Position numbers and translations under genes: made by a program
NCBI GenBank assembly: GCA_026395995.1
Contig: JAPLXQ010000010.1
Span: 2,587-66,586 of the forward strand
DNA from: Candidatus Nomurabacteria bacterium
GTDB lineage: Bacteria; Patescibacteriota; Minisyncoccia; Phycocordibacterales; UBA9973
Direction: 5' to 3'
Length of the DNA stretch: 64,000 bases
Notes under the pieces: generated by a model
Told to the model about the DNA's origin: nothing
Seen by the model: the letters and a program-made list of their open reading frames with translations, nothing else
Database searches by the model: none
In this document: positions 17,465 to 27,354 of the stretch, piece by piece
Layout of the letters: each line of letters begins with the position of its first letter
Numbering within the stretch: position 1 is the stretch's first letter

Positions 17465-18172
17465 TTAATTTTGATTTAAAACTAAATTTAGAAAAGTTTC
17501 GAGTTCTTTGCCTTCGATTTTTCGAACAGTATTATCTTTTACTGCTCCGAGTTTGATATTCATTATTCTGATACGTTTCAAATCAGCTACTTCTTGGAAT
17601 AGAGCACTACACATTCGGCGAATTTGATGTTTTTTTCCTTCAGTCAGGGTTATTTTGAAAGCAGAATCGTCGACAATTTTGACGCTACACTTTTTTGTAA
17701 TATAGTCTTCAATATTCACCCCAGATTCCATTTTCTCTTTGAAGCTAGTGCGCAATTTATTCAATGTTTTAACAACATATTCTTTTTCATGAACATATTT
17801 TGGGTTTAAAAGCTTATCTGTGATTCGGCCGTCGTTTGTCAGGATAATAAGCCCATGACTGGCTTTGTCGAGTCGTCCAATAGGGAAGACGTCATTCGGT
17901 AGATTTTTACCTTTAATATTGTCGAGAATACCTTTTTCTTCTTCCATTGGAGAATGAGTCACTGTACCGATTGGCTTATTGTAAGCATAGTAAACATAAG
18001 ATTTTGAAATCTCATTTTTATTGCCTTTTAATTCAATCTTATCTGTCTCTTCTACTTGGTCTCCGAGTTTAGCTTTTTTCCCATTAATAAAAACTAAACC
18101 TTTTTGAATTAGTTCATCTGCCCCTCTTCTAGTAGAGAAATTATGTAAGGCTAAATATTTATTTATTCGCAT
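17465..18172 (-). CDS. rRNA pseudouridine synthase (RsuA/RluB/F family)
   Basis: MRINKYLA S4 domain, GRLD, EGKKHQIRRM; the ORF-track start overlaps the tRNA, true start 18172. Confidence 0.9.
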   Translation of the reverse strand: MRINKYLALHNFSTRRGADELIQKGLVFINGKKAKLGDQVEETDKIELKGNKNEISKSYVYYAYNKPIGTVTHSPMEEEKGILDNIKGKNLPNDVFPIGRLDKASHGLIILTNDGRITDKLLNPKYVHEKEYVVKTLNKLRTSFKEKMESGVNIEDYITKKCSVKIVDDSAFKITLTEGKKHQIRRMCSALFQEVADLKRIRIMNIKLGAVKDNTVRKIEGKELETFLNLVLNQN

Positions 18173-18173
18173 G

Positions 18174-18245
18174 TGCTCTCGGTAGGAATCGAACCTACAT
18201 CGCAACTTCCGCAAAGTTGCGTCCTATCCATTGAACGACGAGAGC
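18174..18245 (-). tRNA. tRNA-Arg(GCG)
   Basis: GCTCTCG acceptor, anticodon stem caact/agttg with loop TTGCGGA, T-loop TTCGATT. Confidence 0.9.
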
Positions 18246-18296
18246 AATTCTAATAGATTAGCATTTTTTAGTAAAAAGTCCAGTCAAGGAAAAAAA

Positions 18297-18752
18297 TTAC
18301 AAATCTAATCTTTCGAGCACTTTTTCAGAAAAATGTTCTTTCATTTCTTCTTCGGGGACATTGTTTGCTAGAAATATTTCTTTTACTTCATCTCTAGAGA
18401 CGTCGTGTAAATAGGTGACGATAATTGGCATAAAAATTCTGTTGGTTTTTATGAAAAGGGCAGGGTTGTGATCATCTCGAACAAAGAAAGATTTAATATC
18501 TTTATATAAATATAATTGGTTTTTTATTTTAAAGCCTGTTTCTTCTAAATCATAGGTGATGAGTTCTGGTTTTCTGGTAGCAAAGAATCCTAAAGAGATT
18601 CCTCCGAGTACCAGAAGAATAGCAAAAAAATAATCATTTAAAATGATAGCAGTAATACTACCAGCTACGATAATAATACCAAGAGCCCAAAACCAATCTC
18701 GACTTCTTTCTTTTTCTTCATACTCCCAAGCAGACCAAGATATTTTTTGCAT
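18297..18752 (-). CDS. conserved hypothetical membrane protein
   Basis: WSAWEYEEKERSRDWFW, two TM helices and a soluble C-terminal domain. Confidence 0.7.
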   Translation of the reverse strand: MQKISWSAWEYEEKERSRDWFWALGIIIVAGSITAIILNDYFFAILLVLGGISLGFFATRKPELITYDLEETGFKIKNQLYLYKDIKSFFVRDDHNPALFIKTNRIFMPIIVTYLHDVSRDEVKEIFLANNVPEEEMKEHFSEKVLERLDL

Positions 18753-18804
18753 ATAGTAATTGTATCAAATGCAAATTTTTTAAACAATAAAAATACTTTA
18801 TTTA

Positions 18805-19374
18805 TTAGTGAATATGATCGCAAGTTTCTTTTTTACCATCTTTTCTGAGTTCTTCTATTAAATGGTGAATCAAATCACCAATCAATAGAAAGATAAAAAG
18901 ACCAATTATTTTATCTAAATTTTCTGCACTTGTAATAAGGCCAGTCACACTAGCTCCTAATAATAAACCGACAATCCAGACACCAGAGACTGACAAGATA
19001 CAAGCCAAAATTTTCCAATTCTTTTTTATCTCAGTAAAAGGTACGAGTAATTCCCATAACAATAAGAATAAGACTGGTTGACGGACTATCTCATGGAGTA
19101 AAACAGGAATAATGTTACCACTCCAATTTAACCCATCGATAGCACTGTGAGCTAAGTTGAATAATATAAAAATACCCAAAGTTAAAATGAAGCCTTTATT
19201 TTTTGAGTGAAAGTGACAAGTCAGCTCTCCAAAAAGATATCCAATGAAAATTAGAATAAAAATGAATATAAAATTACCACCGACTTCATTTCTTTGAACA
19301 GAAGTAATCAGTGTGATGACAATTGCTGTGATAATAGCAATGATATTAAAATATTTACGATTTATGATATTCAT
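18805..19374 (-). CDS. hypothetical membrane protein (possible metal-binding His residues)
   Basis: Multiple TM helices; HSAIDG and LHE motifs reminiscent of ZIP transporters. Confidence 0.5.
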   Translation of the reverse strand: MNIINRKYFNIIAIITAIVITLITSVQRNEVGGNFIFIFILIFIGYLFGELTCHFHSKNKGFILTLGIFILFNLAHSAIDGLNWSGNIIPVLLHEIVRQPVLFLLLWELLVPFTEIKKNWKILACILSVSGVWIVGLLLGASVTGLITSAENLDKIIGLFIFLLIGDLIHHLIEELRKDGKKETCDHIH

Positions 19375-19420
19375 AATTTAAAAGTACGAAAATTATAAAA
19401 TTTAGAAATTATTTCCAATG

Positions 19421-19507
19421 CGGAGGCGGTGGGATTCGAACTCACGGACCCCGTAAAGAGTCTCTTGTTTTCAAGACAAGTGCCTTCAACCACTCAGCCA
19501 CGCCTCC
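19421..19507 (-). tRNA. tRNA-Ser(UGA)
   Basis: GGAGGCG acceptor, loop CTTGAAA, long variable arm. Confidence 0.95.
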
Positions 19508-19521
19508 GCGCTAGAAACAAT

Positions 19522-19755
19522 TTATTTCATTCTTAAAACTCGCTTTACTGAATTTAATACATCAGTATTTGTTTTCTTTAAAACCCAGAAAACATAAATC
19601 ATGTCCAAAATACCGGCTGTATTGAGGACTACTAATGCTACGAACCATCTTTTGTCGTTATTCTTTGATGCTAACCATGAAGAATAACACTTCCAGGCTA
19701 GTGTCCAAAGGATAACTGCGACAAAAAACACACCTTCTTTACCATTTAAATTCAT
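19522..19755 (-). CDS. small membrane protein (DUF5652-like)
   Basis: WTLAWK...W...KRWF...NTAGIL pattern. Confidence 0.65.
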   Translation of the reverse strand: MNLNGKEGVFFVAVILWTLAWKCYSSWLASKNNDKRWFVALVVLNTAGILDMIYVFWVLKKTNTDVLNSVKRVLRMK

Positions 19756-19802
19756 TTCAAAATCATATCAGAAAAAGGCTTTTTATGCTAGTATCTCTAT
19801 AT

Positions 19803-20255
19803 ATGAGATTTTTAGGAGTAGATTTTGGGATGAAAAGAATAGGTTTGGCCATTTCTGATGAAAATGGTACTTTGGCCTTCCCAAAAGAGATAGTCTTGAA
19901 CGATCAAAATAAATTCACTCGAATTAGTGAAATTATTAAACAAGAAAATGTCGAAGAAATTGTGATTGGAGAGTCTGTCGATTTTTCTGGAAGGTTGAAT
20001 ATGCTGATGTCACATATTGAGCTCTTTATTACAGAACTAGAAGAAACTTATCATTTACCTGTGTATCGACAAAAAGAATTTTTGACCACTGTCGAAGCTC
20101 GACGATCCAAAAATGGTAAACAAGAAATGAGCCCTTCTCAAGCCCACAGTAAACTCAAAGATACAAAGAGAGGGAGAGTAGATGCTTCTGCTGCTGCTCT
20201 CATTTTGCAAAGATATTTAGACAAGAGAAATAAATTATTAGAAAAAAATAAATAA
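19803..20255 (+). CDS. ruvX: RuvX/YqgF pre-16S rRNA nuclease
   Basis: LGVDFGMKRIGLAISD, VDASAAALILQRYLD. Confidence 0.9.
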   Translation: MRFLGVDFGMKRIGLAISDENGTLAFPKEIVLNDQNKFTRISEIIKQENVEEIVIGESVDFSGRLNMLMSHIELFITELEETYHLPVYRQKEFLTTVEARRSKNGKQEMSPSQAHSKLKDTKRGRVDASAAALILQRYLDKRNKLLEKNK

Positions 20256-20259
20256 ATAT

Positions 20260-20634
20260 ATGGAAAAAATTAATTTTGAAGATTTTAAAAAAGTTGATAT
20301 TGCAGTGGGGCAGATTTTATCTGCAGAAAAAGTTCCAGAGACAGATAAGCTTTTAAAATTGTCTGTAGACCTAGGTTCTTTCTTTGTTGAAAATGCAGAA
20401 GGAGAGAAGGAGGAGAAAAAAGATATTCGCCAAATCGTTTCTGGTATCTCACTTTATTTTCCTGATCATTCTGTACTCGTCGGCAAGAAATGTATGTTTG
20501 TCACAAACCTCGAACCTCGTATGATCAAAGGTCTTGAAAGTCAGGGGATGATACTCGCAGTTTCTACTGAAGACGGAAAATTTTCTTTACTTGAACCAAA
20601 CGCTGATATTCCTGCGGGAACTAGAGCAAAATAA
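20260..20634 (+). CDS. tRNA-binding OB-fold protein (MetG C-terminal/CsaA-like)
   Basis: FEDFKKVDI, DKLLKL, RQIVSGI, NLEPR...SQGMILA. Confidence 0.9.
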   Translation: MEKINFEDFKKVDIAVGQILSAEKVPETDKLLKLSVDLGSFFVENAEGEKEEKKDIRQIVSGISLYFPDHSVLVGKKCMFVTNLEPRMIKGLESQGMILAVSTEDGKFSLLEPNADIPAGTRAK

Positions 20635-20731
20635 CCCCACTCATATATTAAAATAATTTTCCTTTACAAAATAACTTTATTTTGTTATAGTTTTTTTGAA
20701 ATTACATTGTAAAATTTAATACTATAAAACT

Positions 20732-21235
20732 ATGAAGTTAGATGAAATTTTTAATAAGTATCAGTTAGAGGCCATAACTGTTGATTTTAATTTTACTGAT
20801 AAAAACAATCGTGTTAGTAAATCAATAGAAGAACTTTCCTTAAAAGGAATAAAAGTTAATTCATCGAAACCAGGTTCAATTTCTTTAGAAGAAATAGAAA
20901 GGAGTGACTTTATAAAACTTGATAAGAGTATTATTCTTGCTGTAACAACCTTGCTATTAAATGATAGCTATATTTCATTTGCTGTTGGTTTGGAAAAGTA
21001 TGAAAAAGAAATAATTGAAGAATTAGAAGCCTTTCCGGGGTTCAAAGAGTGGGGTGATTCAAAAATGGAACAAAATAAGCTTATAAAACATCAAAAGTAT
21101 GAAGCAGCTGCAAGAAGAAGAAACATCACAGATTCAATTGCTAAAGAATTTAAAATTGAAGAAAAAAAAGAAGAAATTATTGAAAAATACAAAAAGAAAA
21201 TTCAGGAACAGTATTCGAACCTTTTCATGGAATAG
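20732..21235 (+). CDS. hypothetical protein
   Basis: ORF followed by a terminator at 21238-21273; QKYEAAARRR resembles a UVR motif. Confidence 0.5.
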   Translation: MKLDEIFNKYQLEAITVDFNFTDKNNRVSKSIEELSLKGIKVNSSKPGSISLEEIERSDFIKLDKSIILAVTTLLLNDSYISFAVGLEKYEKEIIEELEAFPGFKEWGDSKMEQNKLIKHQKYEAAARRRNITDSIAKEFKIEEKKEEIIEKYKKKIQEQYSNLFME

Positions 21236-21282
21236 ATAAAACCTTATTGGGCAAAATACTCAATAAGGTTTTTATTTTGTGC

Positions 21283-21315
21283 AAAACCGCATGAGGGTAG
21301 TCCTCATGCGGTTTT
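21283..21315. repeat. REP hairpin left of RAYT
   Basis: aaaaccgcatgagg-gtagt-cctcatgcggtttt. Confidence 0.9.
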
Positions 21316-21345
21316 CATTAATATTGAATGTGATATACTTTTAAC

Positions 21346-22011
21346 ATGGAACGAAAAGTAAAATTTTCAATAAATGAATATTACCATTTGTACAGTCGAG
21401 GTGTTGAAAAAAGAAAAGTTTTTCTTGACCCAAAAGACCACAAAAGATTTATGGCACTTCTATATATAATGAACAATTCTGAACCTTTTACTTTTGGTAA
21501 TTTTTTAAAACATAATAAGATTGAAGATATTTTCTCTAAAGAAAAAGAAAAAACACTAGTTTCTATTGTAAGTTATACTCTTATGCCAAACCATTTTCAT
21601 TTATTGGTCTATGAAAATGAAGAAGGAGGAATAAGTAAATTTATGAGTCGATTGCTGACTGCGTATTCGATGTATTTTAATACTAAATATAAAAGAAGTG
21701 GTCCTTTATTTGTGCACCCATTTCGTTCTGAACATATTTCAAATGAGTCACAGTATTTATGGATTTTTTCATACATCCATTTAAATCCTATTGGAATTAT
21801 AAAAAAAGACTTTAAAACCAAAGGATTCGGTAATAAAAAAATAGCTCAAAATTTTTTAAAATTATATCAATACTCTAGTTATTATGAATACGAAGGTGGT
21901 AATCGTATTGAATCAAAAATCCTTGACCTTTCTTTGGTACCAGAATATTTACCAAAAATCTCTTTTGATGTTGGAAAATATGAAAAATGGTTTAAAACAG
22001 AAGAAGAGTAA
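21346..22011 (+). CDS. REP-associated tyrosine transposase (RAYT, IS200/Y1 HUH family)
   Basis: YYHLYSRG, YTLMPNHFH, YSMYFNTKYKRSGPLF, YIHLNP; flanked by identical REP hairpins. Confidence 0.9.
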   Translation: MERKVKFSINEYYHLYSRGVEKRKVFLDPKDHKRFMALLYIMNNSEPFTFGNFLKHNKIEDIFSKEKEKTLVSIVSYTLMPNHFHLLVYENEEGGISKFMSRLLTAYSMYFNTKYKRSGPLFVHPFRSEHISNESQYLWIFSYIHLNPIGIIKKDFKTKGFGNKKIAQNFLKLYQYSSYYEYEGGNRIESKILDLSLVPEYLPKISFDVGKYEKWFKTEEE

Positions 22012-22039
22012 CCGCATGAGGGTAGTCCTCATGCGGTTA
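22009..22039. repeat. REP hairpin right of RAYT, overlapping its stop codon
   Basis: taaccgcatgagg-gtagt-cctcatgcggtta, same orientation as 21283-21315. Confidence 0.9.
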
Positions 22040-22061
22040 AGAAATATGTTAATATGAATAT

Positions 22062-22652
22062 ATGCATTTATTTGAAGTTACAACTTTAATAAAAACCTTA
22101 GGTTTGTTTGGAATCTTTACTGTTGTTTTTGCTGAGTCAGGATTATTTTTTGGTTTTTTTATGCCAGGGGACTCTTTGCTTTTTACTGCTGGTTTTTTAT
22201 CGGCTGCTGGATATTTTAATGTAGCTTTTCTTTTTGTAGGTGCTTTTATTTGCGCCTTTTTGGGAGATACTGTCGGCTATTGGTCTGGTAAAAAGTTTGG
22301 ACCCAAACTTTTTACCAGACCAAATTCTTTTTTCTTTAATAAAAAAAATCTAGACAAAACAGCGCACTTCTATGAAAAATATGGAAAGAAGACTGTGACT
22401 ATTGCACGTTTTGTGCCAATAGTAAGAACTTTTGCACCGATTATGGCCGGTACAGCCAATATGAATTATAAAGATTTTTTATTTTATAATATTTTAGGTG
22501 GATTTTTTTGGACAGGGACGATGATATTGGCTGGATATTTTTTGGGTCACTCAATAAAAAATATTGATGCTTATATTTTACCAATTACTGGATTAATTAT
22601 TTTAATTTCTGTAATTCCAATCATTGTAGGCTTCTTCCATAAGAAAAATTAG
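22062..22652 (+). CDS. DedA family protein
   Basis: ESGLFFGFFMPGDSLLFTAG, ARFVPIVRTFAP. Confidence 0.9.
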   Translation: MHLFEVTTLIKTLGLFGIFTVVFAESGLFFGFFMPGDSLLFTAGFLSAAGYFNVAFLFVGAFICAFLGDTVGYWSGKKFGPKLFTRPNSFFFNKKNLDKTAHFYEKYGKKTVTIARFVPIVRTFAPIMAGTANMNYKDFLFYNILGGFFWTGTMILAGYFLGHSIKNIDAYILPITGLIILISVIPIIVGFFHKKN

Positions 22653-22667
22653 GGTATAATATAGTTA

Positions 22668-23750
22668 ATGTTAAATCGGTCATATAATAAATTTTTTCCA
22701 TTACCAGATTTTCTTTCAAAACCATCTTTTGGTTTAGATATTTCTGATGAATCAATAAAATTTATTGAAATCTTGCAGACACATAAAGGGTTACATATTG
22801 GTAAATATGGCGAAAAGAAATTTCCAGCTGGAATTATCGGGTCTGGTAAAATAATTGATTCAAAAAGATTAAAGGATATTTTACTCGAATTAAAAAAAGT
22901 AGAAGGTATGAATTCTGCTAGAGTTTCTTTGCCAGAAGAGCAAGTCTATCTTTTTAAATTAAAAATTCCCAGAGAAAAATCTATTAATATTCGTGAAGCC
23001 ATTGAGCTGTCTTTAGAAGAATATGTTCCAATACCACCTGCAGATATAATTTTTGATTATGAGTTATTTTCTGAAGATGATCAGAATTTTGAAGTACAGG
23101 TCTCTGCTGTACCAAAACAAATTATCGAAGGTTATATTTCCGTTTTTAAAGATTGTAATTTAGATGCCCCTTCTTTTGAGCTTGAAGCTCAGGCTGGAGC
23201 TCGGTCCATTGTTAAAGATGGGGATAATGATACTTATATGATTGTAGATTTCGGAAATGACCGTACAGGCCTTTCTGTTGTCAGCAATGGAATGGTCGTC
23301 TTTACTTCGACTCTCGATATTGGTGGTATTTTACTGACAAGGTTGATTGAGAAAAATTTTAAAGTTAGCTTTGCCGAAGCTGAAGCAATGAAACTCAAAT
23401 ACGGCCTGAGTCGTAATACTGGTAGCCAAGATATTTTCTCAGCACTTTTAAATGGAGTTTCTATTTTGCGTGATGAGATTAGTAAAAATTTTATTTACTG
23501 GCATACACATAAAGATGAAAATGGTAAAGATAGGCCAGCAATAAAAAAGATAATTCTTTGCGGGGGAGATGCAAACTTGATTGGTTTGGTAGAATATCTT
23601 TCTATTACAATGCATCAAAATATTGAGCTGGCTAATGTCTGGACGAATGTCGTCTCATCAGATAAATATATACCAATCATGGTTTTCGAAGAATCACTTT
23701 CTTATGCTACAGCTGTCGGTCTAGCCTTAGCAGACTTTGTCGACGAATAA
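22668..23750 (+). CDS. pilM: type IV pilus assembly protein PilM
   Basis: GLDISD, VDFG...T, IILCGG and YATAVGLAL actin-like motifs. Confidence 0.85.
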   Translation: MLNRSYNKFFPLPDFLSKPSFGLDISDESIKFIEILQTHKGLHIGKYGEKKFPAGIIGSGKIIDSKRLKDILLELKKVEGMNSARVSLPEEQVYLFKLKIPREKSINIREAIELSLEEYVPIPPADIIFDYELFSEDDQNFEVQVSAVPKQIIEGYISVFKDCNLDAPSFELEAQAGARSIVKDGDNDTYMIVDFGNDRTGLSVVSNGMVVFTSTLDIGGILLTRLIEKNFKVSFAEAEAMKLKYGLSRNTGSQDIFSALLNGVSILRDEISKNFIYWHTHKDENGKDRPAIKKIILCGGDANLIGLVEYLSITMHQNIELANVWTNVVSSDKYIPIMVFEESLSYATAVGLALADFVDE

Positions 23751-23754
23751 AAAT

Positions 23755-24297
23755 ATGATTAATTTATTACCCTTAGAAGAAAAGAAAAGAATTGTAAAGG
23801 AATATTATTTCCGTCTTTTTATATTTTCTTTATATACTGTAGGTATTTGTTTTATCGTAGCTGGTGTCTCATTGTTACCATCCTTCTTTCTTGTTTCCTT
23901 GAAAGAAAATATCTTAACTAAAAAATGGGAAACACTTCAAGCTATGCCAGTATCACAGCCAGATAAAGAAACAATGGATGCTATTTCAGATGTTAATAAA
24001 AAAATAGACTTGATTACAAAAACAGAAAAAGAAAAGTTTTTAGTTCTTGAAAATGCTTTTAATCAAGTAATTTTTCAAAAAATGCCAGATATAAAATTGA
24101 CAGAGATTGCTTATGATAAAAAAATTGAAGGTACTAGAAGTATAAATATAAAAGGTTTTGCTTTGAACCGTGAGCGTCTACTATTGTTTAGGCAATCCTT
24201 AGAAAATAATCCTGCTTTTTCAAAGGTAGATTTACCAATTTCCAATTTCGTTAAAGAGAAAAATATTAGTTTTAATTTAAATCTTACTTCTATTTAA
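23755..24297 (+). CDS. PilN-like protein
   Basis: MINLLP N-terminal motif, one TM helix, follows pilM. Confidence 0.75.
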   Translation: MINLLPLEEKKRIVKEYYFRLFIFSLYTVGICFIVAGVSLLPSFFLVSLKENILTKKWETLQAMPVSQPDKETMDAISDVNKKIDLITKTEKEKFLVLENAFNQVIFQKMPDIKLTEIAYDKKIEGTRSINIKGFALNRERLLLFRQSLENNPAFSKVDLPISNFVKEKNISFNLNLTSI

Positions 24298-24298
24298 T

Positions 24299-24844
24299 AT
24301 GAAAAATGAAAATAACATTTTAATAAAAGTATTTCTAGCAATTTTATTTAATGCTGTTTTTGTCTTTGGTTTTATTTATTTGTACAATCAAATAAATAAT
24401 AAAAACATAAGCGCTGCAAGCCTGACCGAACAAATTAATACTGAAACAGATCGTCGTGATAAAATCACAGCCTTAAATTCTGAAATAAAAGCTATTGCTA
24501 AAGAGCGTGGAATGCTAGCGACACACTTTGCTAAAAGCTCAGACGTCGTACCGTTTTTAGATAATTTACAAGCTTTAGCAAAATCAGTAGGAGCGACAGC
24601 CGAAGTCTCGTCCTTAGATTTGACTGCCGAGGGAGGGGGATTGGAAGTAAAAATGAAAGCTACTGGTTCTTTTGTTTCTGTTTACAAACTTTTGTCCCTT
24701 TTAGAAAATTCTCAATATGAACTCGATTTTTCTTCTGTAATTTTTAATACTGTTTCAGCTTTGGACAATACTGGTAGCTTGAAAACCGGAAATCAAAAAT
24801 GGGATGCATCTTTTAATTTAACCTTGCTTTCTTTTGAAAGCTAA
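24299..24844 (+). CDS. PilO-like protein
   Basis: N-terminal TM, coiled coil, GSF...LLEN; gene order pilM-N-O. Confidence 0.65.
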   Translation: MKNENNILIKVFLAILFNAVFVFGFIYLYNQINNKNISAASLTEQINTETDRRDKITALNSEIKAIAKERGMLATHFAKSSDVVPFLDNLQALAKSVGATAEVSSLDLTAEGGGLEVKMKATGSFVSVYKLLSLLENSQYELDFSSVIFNTVSALDNTGSLKTGNQKWDASFNLTLLSFES

Positions 24845-25169
24845 TAATATTATGGACTTAAAATTTTTAAAACCTAAAAAGAAAATAAATTTTACAAATA
24901 AAGAATTTGTTTATAACCCAGTTTTTCATTGGAATATAATTCTCTATACTTCAATAATTTTAATCTTAGCTTCATTGGCTTTTGGTGCATTTCTTTTTTA
25001 TAAAGAAAATAATGCTATTAATTCTTTGGATGATCAGGAATTACTTTCAAAAGAAGCTATCCTTAGTAAGGAAAAAATACAAAGAACCTTAGACGTCTTT
25101 ACTGTTCGAGAAAAAAAATCAATTGATATTTTGAATAGTGTACCCGTAGTGACTGATCCGTCGTTGTAG
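24834..25169 (+). CDS. hypothetical membrane protein (pil cluster)
   Basis: One TM helix, C-terminal DPSL. Confidence 0.55.
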   Translation: MKANNIMDLKFLKPKKKINFTNKEFVYNPVFHWNIILYTSIILILASLAFGAFLFYKENNAINSLDDQELLSKEAILSKEKIQRTLDVFTVREKKSIDILNSVPVVTDPSL

Positions 25170-25177
25170 GGTTAATA

Positions 25178-25225
25178 CACCCAAATATAAAAAAGTACCC
25201 TAGGGTACTTTTTTATATTTGGGTG
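25178..25225. terminator. perfect 48-bp palindrome / bidirectional terminator
   Basis: cacccaaatataaaaaagtaccct|agggtacttttttatatttgggtg between the pil operon and the tRNA-Arg 3' end. Confidence 0.7.
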
Positions 25226-25295
25226 CCTTCGGTTGGAATCGAACCAACATCGAAGCCTTAGAAGAGCTCTGTTCTATCCATTGAACTACGAAGGC
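25224..25295 (-). tRNA. tRNA-Arg(UCU)
   Basis: GCCTTCG acceptor, loop CTTCTAA, T-loop TTCGATT. Confidence 0.95.
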
Positions 25296-25494
25296 AATGT
25301 TTGGCGCGAAATACAGGACTCGTTGCGCTGTGAGGGGTGTATTCTTGACCCGAACTCCCCGTACTATTCACGATACCATTTTATTTTCACTTTCTCAAAT
25401 ATAAGCTCAAAAATAAGGAGAGTTGGGTGAAATACCCTTGTTTTATCAGCTTGATACTTTTTTAGATTCAAAAAATGTGCAATAATTCATTGTA

Positions 25495-25755
25495 ATGAAA
25501 AAGAAACTAGAAAAAGAATATACTGGTGCAAAATCTAAAAAAGAGTTTTTGAAAATAATGGAGCGTTATGACTCTGGTAAGGGAGTAGAAATAATTATAG
25601 ATGGGAAAGATGGTAAACTTCAATCTTATCAAAAGATTCTATCTAGGACTGAAAAATCGCCTCAAATTGGGCGTAAACGGCTTAACATCAGCTTTTCATC
25701 TGTAGATCAAGATAATGAGCAGTTGTTACATTTTCTTCTTAATAAAACGAAGTAA
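25495..25755 (+). CDS. hypothetical protein
   Basis: 86-aa ORF at the island's left end. Confidence 0.45.
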   Translation: MKKKLEKEYTGAKSKKEFLKIMERYDSGKGVEIIIDGKDGKLQSYQKILSRTEKSPQIGRKRLNISFSSVDQDNEQLLHFLLNKTK

Positions 25756-25779
25756 CACGCACTTCCGTATTAAACTTTT

Positions 25780-27342
25780 ATGAGTAATAAAGCAGATGAA
25801 ATACAAAAAGTAAGAGAGATTTGTTTAGTGAATGCCGAAGCTTCTTTGTCTGTTGCTGAAAGAGAATTAGATAAAGGTGTAGATAATATTTGTTTTCATT
25901 TAGCATTACTTGCTTTAGAAGAAATAGGTAAGTCAATTTTAGTAGCAGTTGGGTATACTATTTCAGTTACAGGTAAGGAAAAGGAAGATATTAAAAATGC
26001 TATGGATGATCACGTAAAGAAGATATTTTGGGCGCTCTGGAGTGGTTTTATTTTTGGACATGCTAGTCCCGAAGATGTTGAAAAAACAAAAGGATTAGCA
26101 ACTAGTTTACACGAAAATAGACTTACATATTTATATACTGACCCAAACGACTTAATTGACCCTAAAGATAAAATCCGTGTTGGTGAAGCAAAGACACTAA
26201 TAGATTTAACACGATTACGACTTGAAAGAGAAAAAACTACTACTGAAGTACATGAATTTAATGCAGACGAAACCGAACAATTGAAATGGTTTTTTTCTGC
26301 ACAAGAAGACCCTGAACAAAGAAAACAAATTTTTAGTAATGTTTCAATTGAGAAGTTAAAAGAATTTCAAAATGGTAGAGATTGGATAAAATGGTTATAT
26401 GATGCATTCAAAGAAAATAGAGATGCGATGTTAAAACTTGCACAACAAGAACTTTCAAGAGGGAGACCAGCAACTGAAGTTGAAAGACTTGAACCAAAGT
26501 ATAAATTGCGCTTTCGTATACAAAGTCAGTCTCACACAATTAGAGATAATGCTTTTGTTGATTGGAATAAAGAAGTTACAGGTACAAAGATATACAAAAC
26601 AACACCAAAAAATTTACCAATTTACGCAAAATCTGAACTAGTTATTGAACTTATACTTTATAAAAGTACTTCACCGGCTTCTCTATGGGATACTGGTTTT
26701 ACTTTAGCAAAAACATTTGTGAATGCTATAAACATAGGAACAATGGGGCTATTCTGGTGGAATATGCCGAAAGATGTTGAGAAGTACTATGATGAAATAA
26801 CGGACCTTGAAGCCGATAAAAGTGAAAATATAAAATTGAAAATAGTACCACAAAAAAGACTAATGATAGATTGGGGAGAAGATGCAAAAATGACTTTGAA
26901 AAAAGAAAATATAGGTGAAATTTCTTTAGTCGTTGCATTTCTTATGTATCAACAAGAAAAAGTAAAGAGTTTTATGGAGGCGTATGCTTTAGGGTTAACC
27001 TTTTTAAGTAAAACAGATATTCATTTAAGATTAGAAGTAAATGCATTTAGTGAGTTTTTCAAAGCTTTCAAAGAAGCATTGACTGGTTTGGGTGATTGGG
27101 ATGGTAAAACTGACTTATTAGAAACCTCTAAAAAGATTTTTGAAAAGGACTTTCCAGCATTTAAGCAACTGGAGGCGACTATACAAATTGGGCTTAACTT
27201 GAAACTAGAACAGGGTGATTTGTTATATAATATAACTTTGACTGAAGTTGTTGCTATGAAGATATATTGTGATTTTTATATAAAACTTAAAGCTAGGGAT
27301 TATTTCAAAACTGAATTAACTCAAGAAGTTAAAGAAAAATAA
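25780..27342 (+). CDS. AbiV-like (HEPN) abortive-infection protein with long C-terminal extension
   Basis: NAEASL..AE, LALLALEEIGK, HVKK and RLTYLYTD pattern of the AbiV HEPN family. Confidence 0.7.
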   Translation: MSNKADEIQKVREICLVNAEASLSVAERELDKGVDNICFHLALLALEEIGKSILVAVGYTISVTGKEKEDIKNAMDDHVKKIFWALWSGFIFGHASPEDVEKTKGLATSLHENRLTYLYTDPNDLIDPKDKIRVGEAKTLIDLTRLRLEREKTTTEVHEFNADETEQLKWFFSAQEDPEQRKQIFSNVSIEKLKEFQNGRDWIKWLYDAFKENRDAMLKLAQQELSRGRPATEVERLEPKYKLRFRIQSQSHTIRDNAFVDWNKEVTGTKIYKTTPKNLPIYAKSELVIELILYKSTSPASLWDTGFTLAKTFVNAINIGTMGLFWWNMPKDVEKYYDEITDLEADKSENIKLKIVPQKRLMIDWGEDAKMTLKKENIGEISLVVAFLMYQQEKVKSFMEAYALGLTFLSKTDIHLRLEVNAFSEFFKAFKEALTGLGDWDGKTDLLETSKKIFEKDFPAFKQLEATIQIGLNLKLEQGDLLYNITLTEVVAMKIYCDFYIKLKARDYFKTELTQEVKEK

Positions 27343-27354
27343 AATAATTGGGAT

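Noticed and set aside
25233-25430. 65-aa ORF
   Set aside because: TTG start antisense to tRNA-Arg and crossing the att site; shadow ORF
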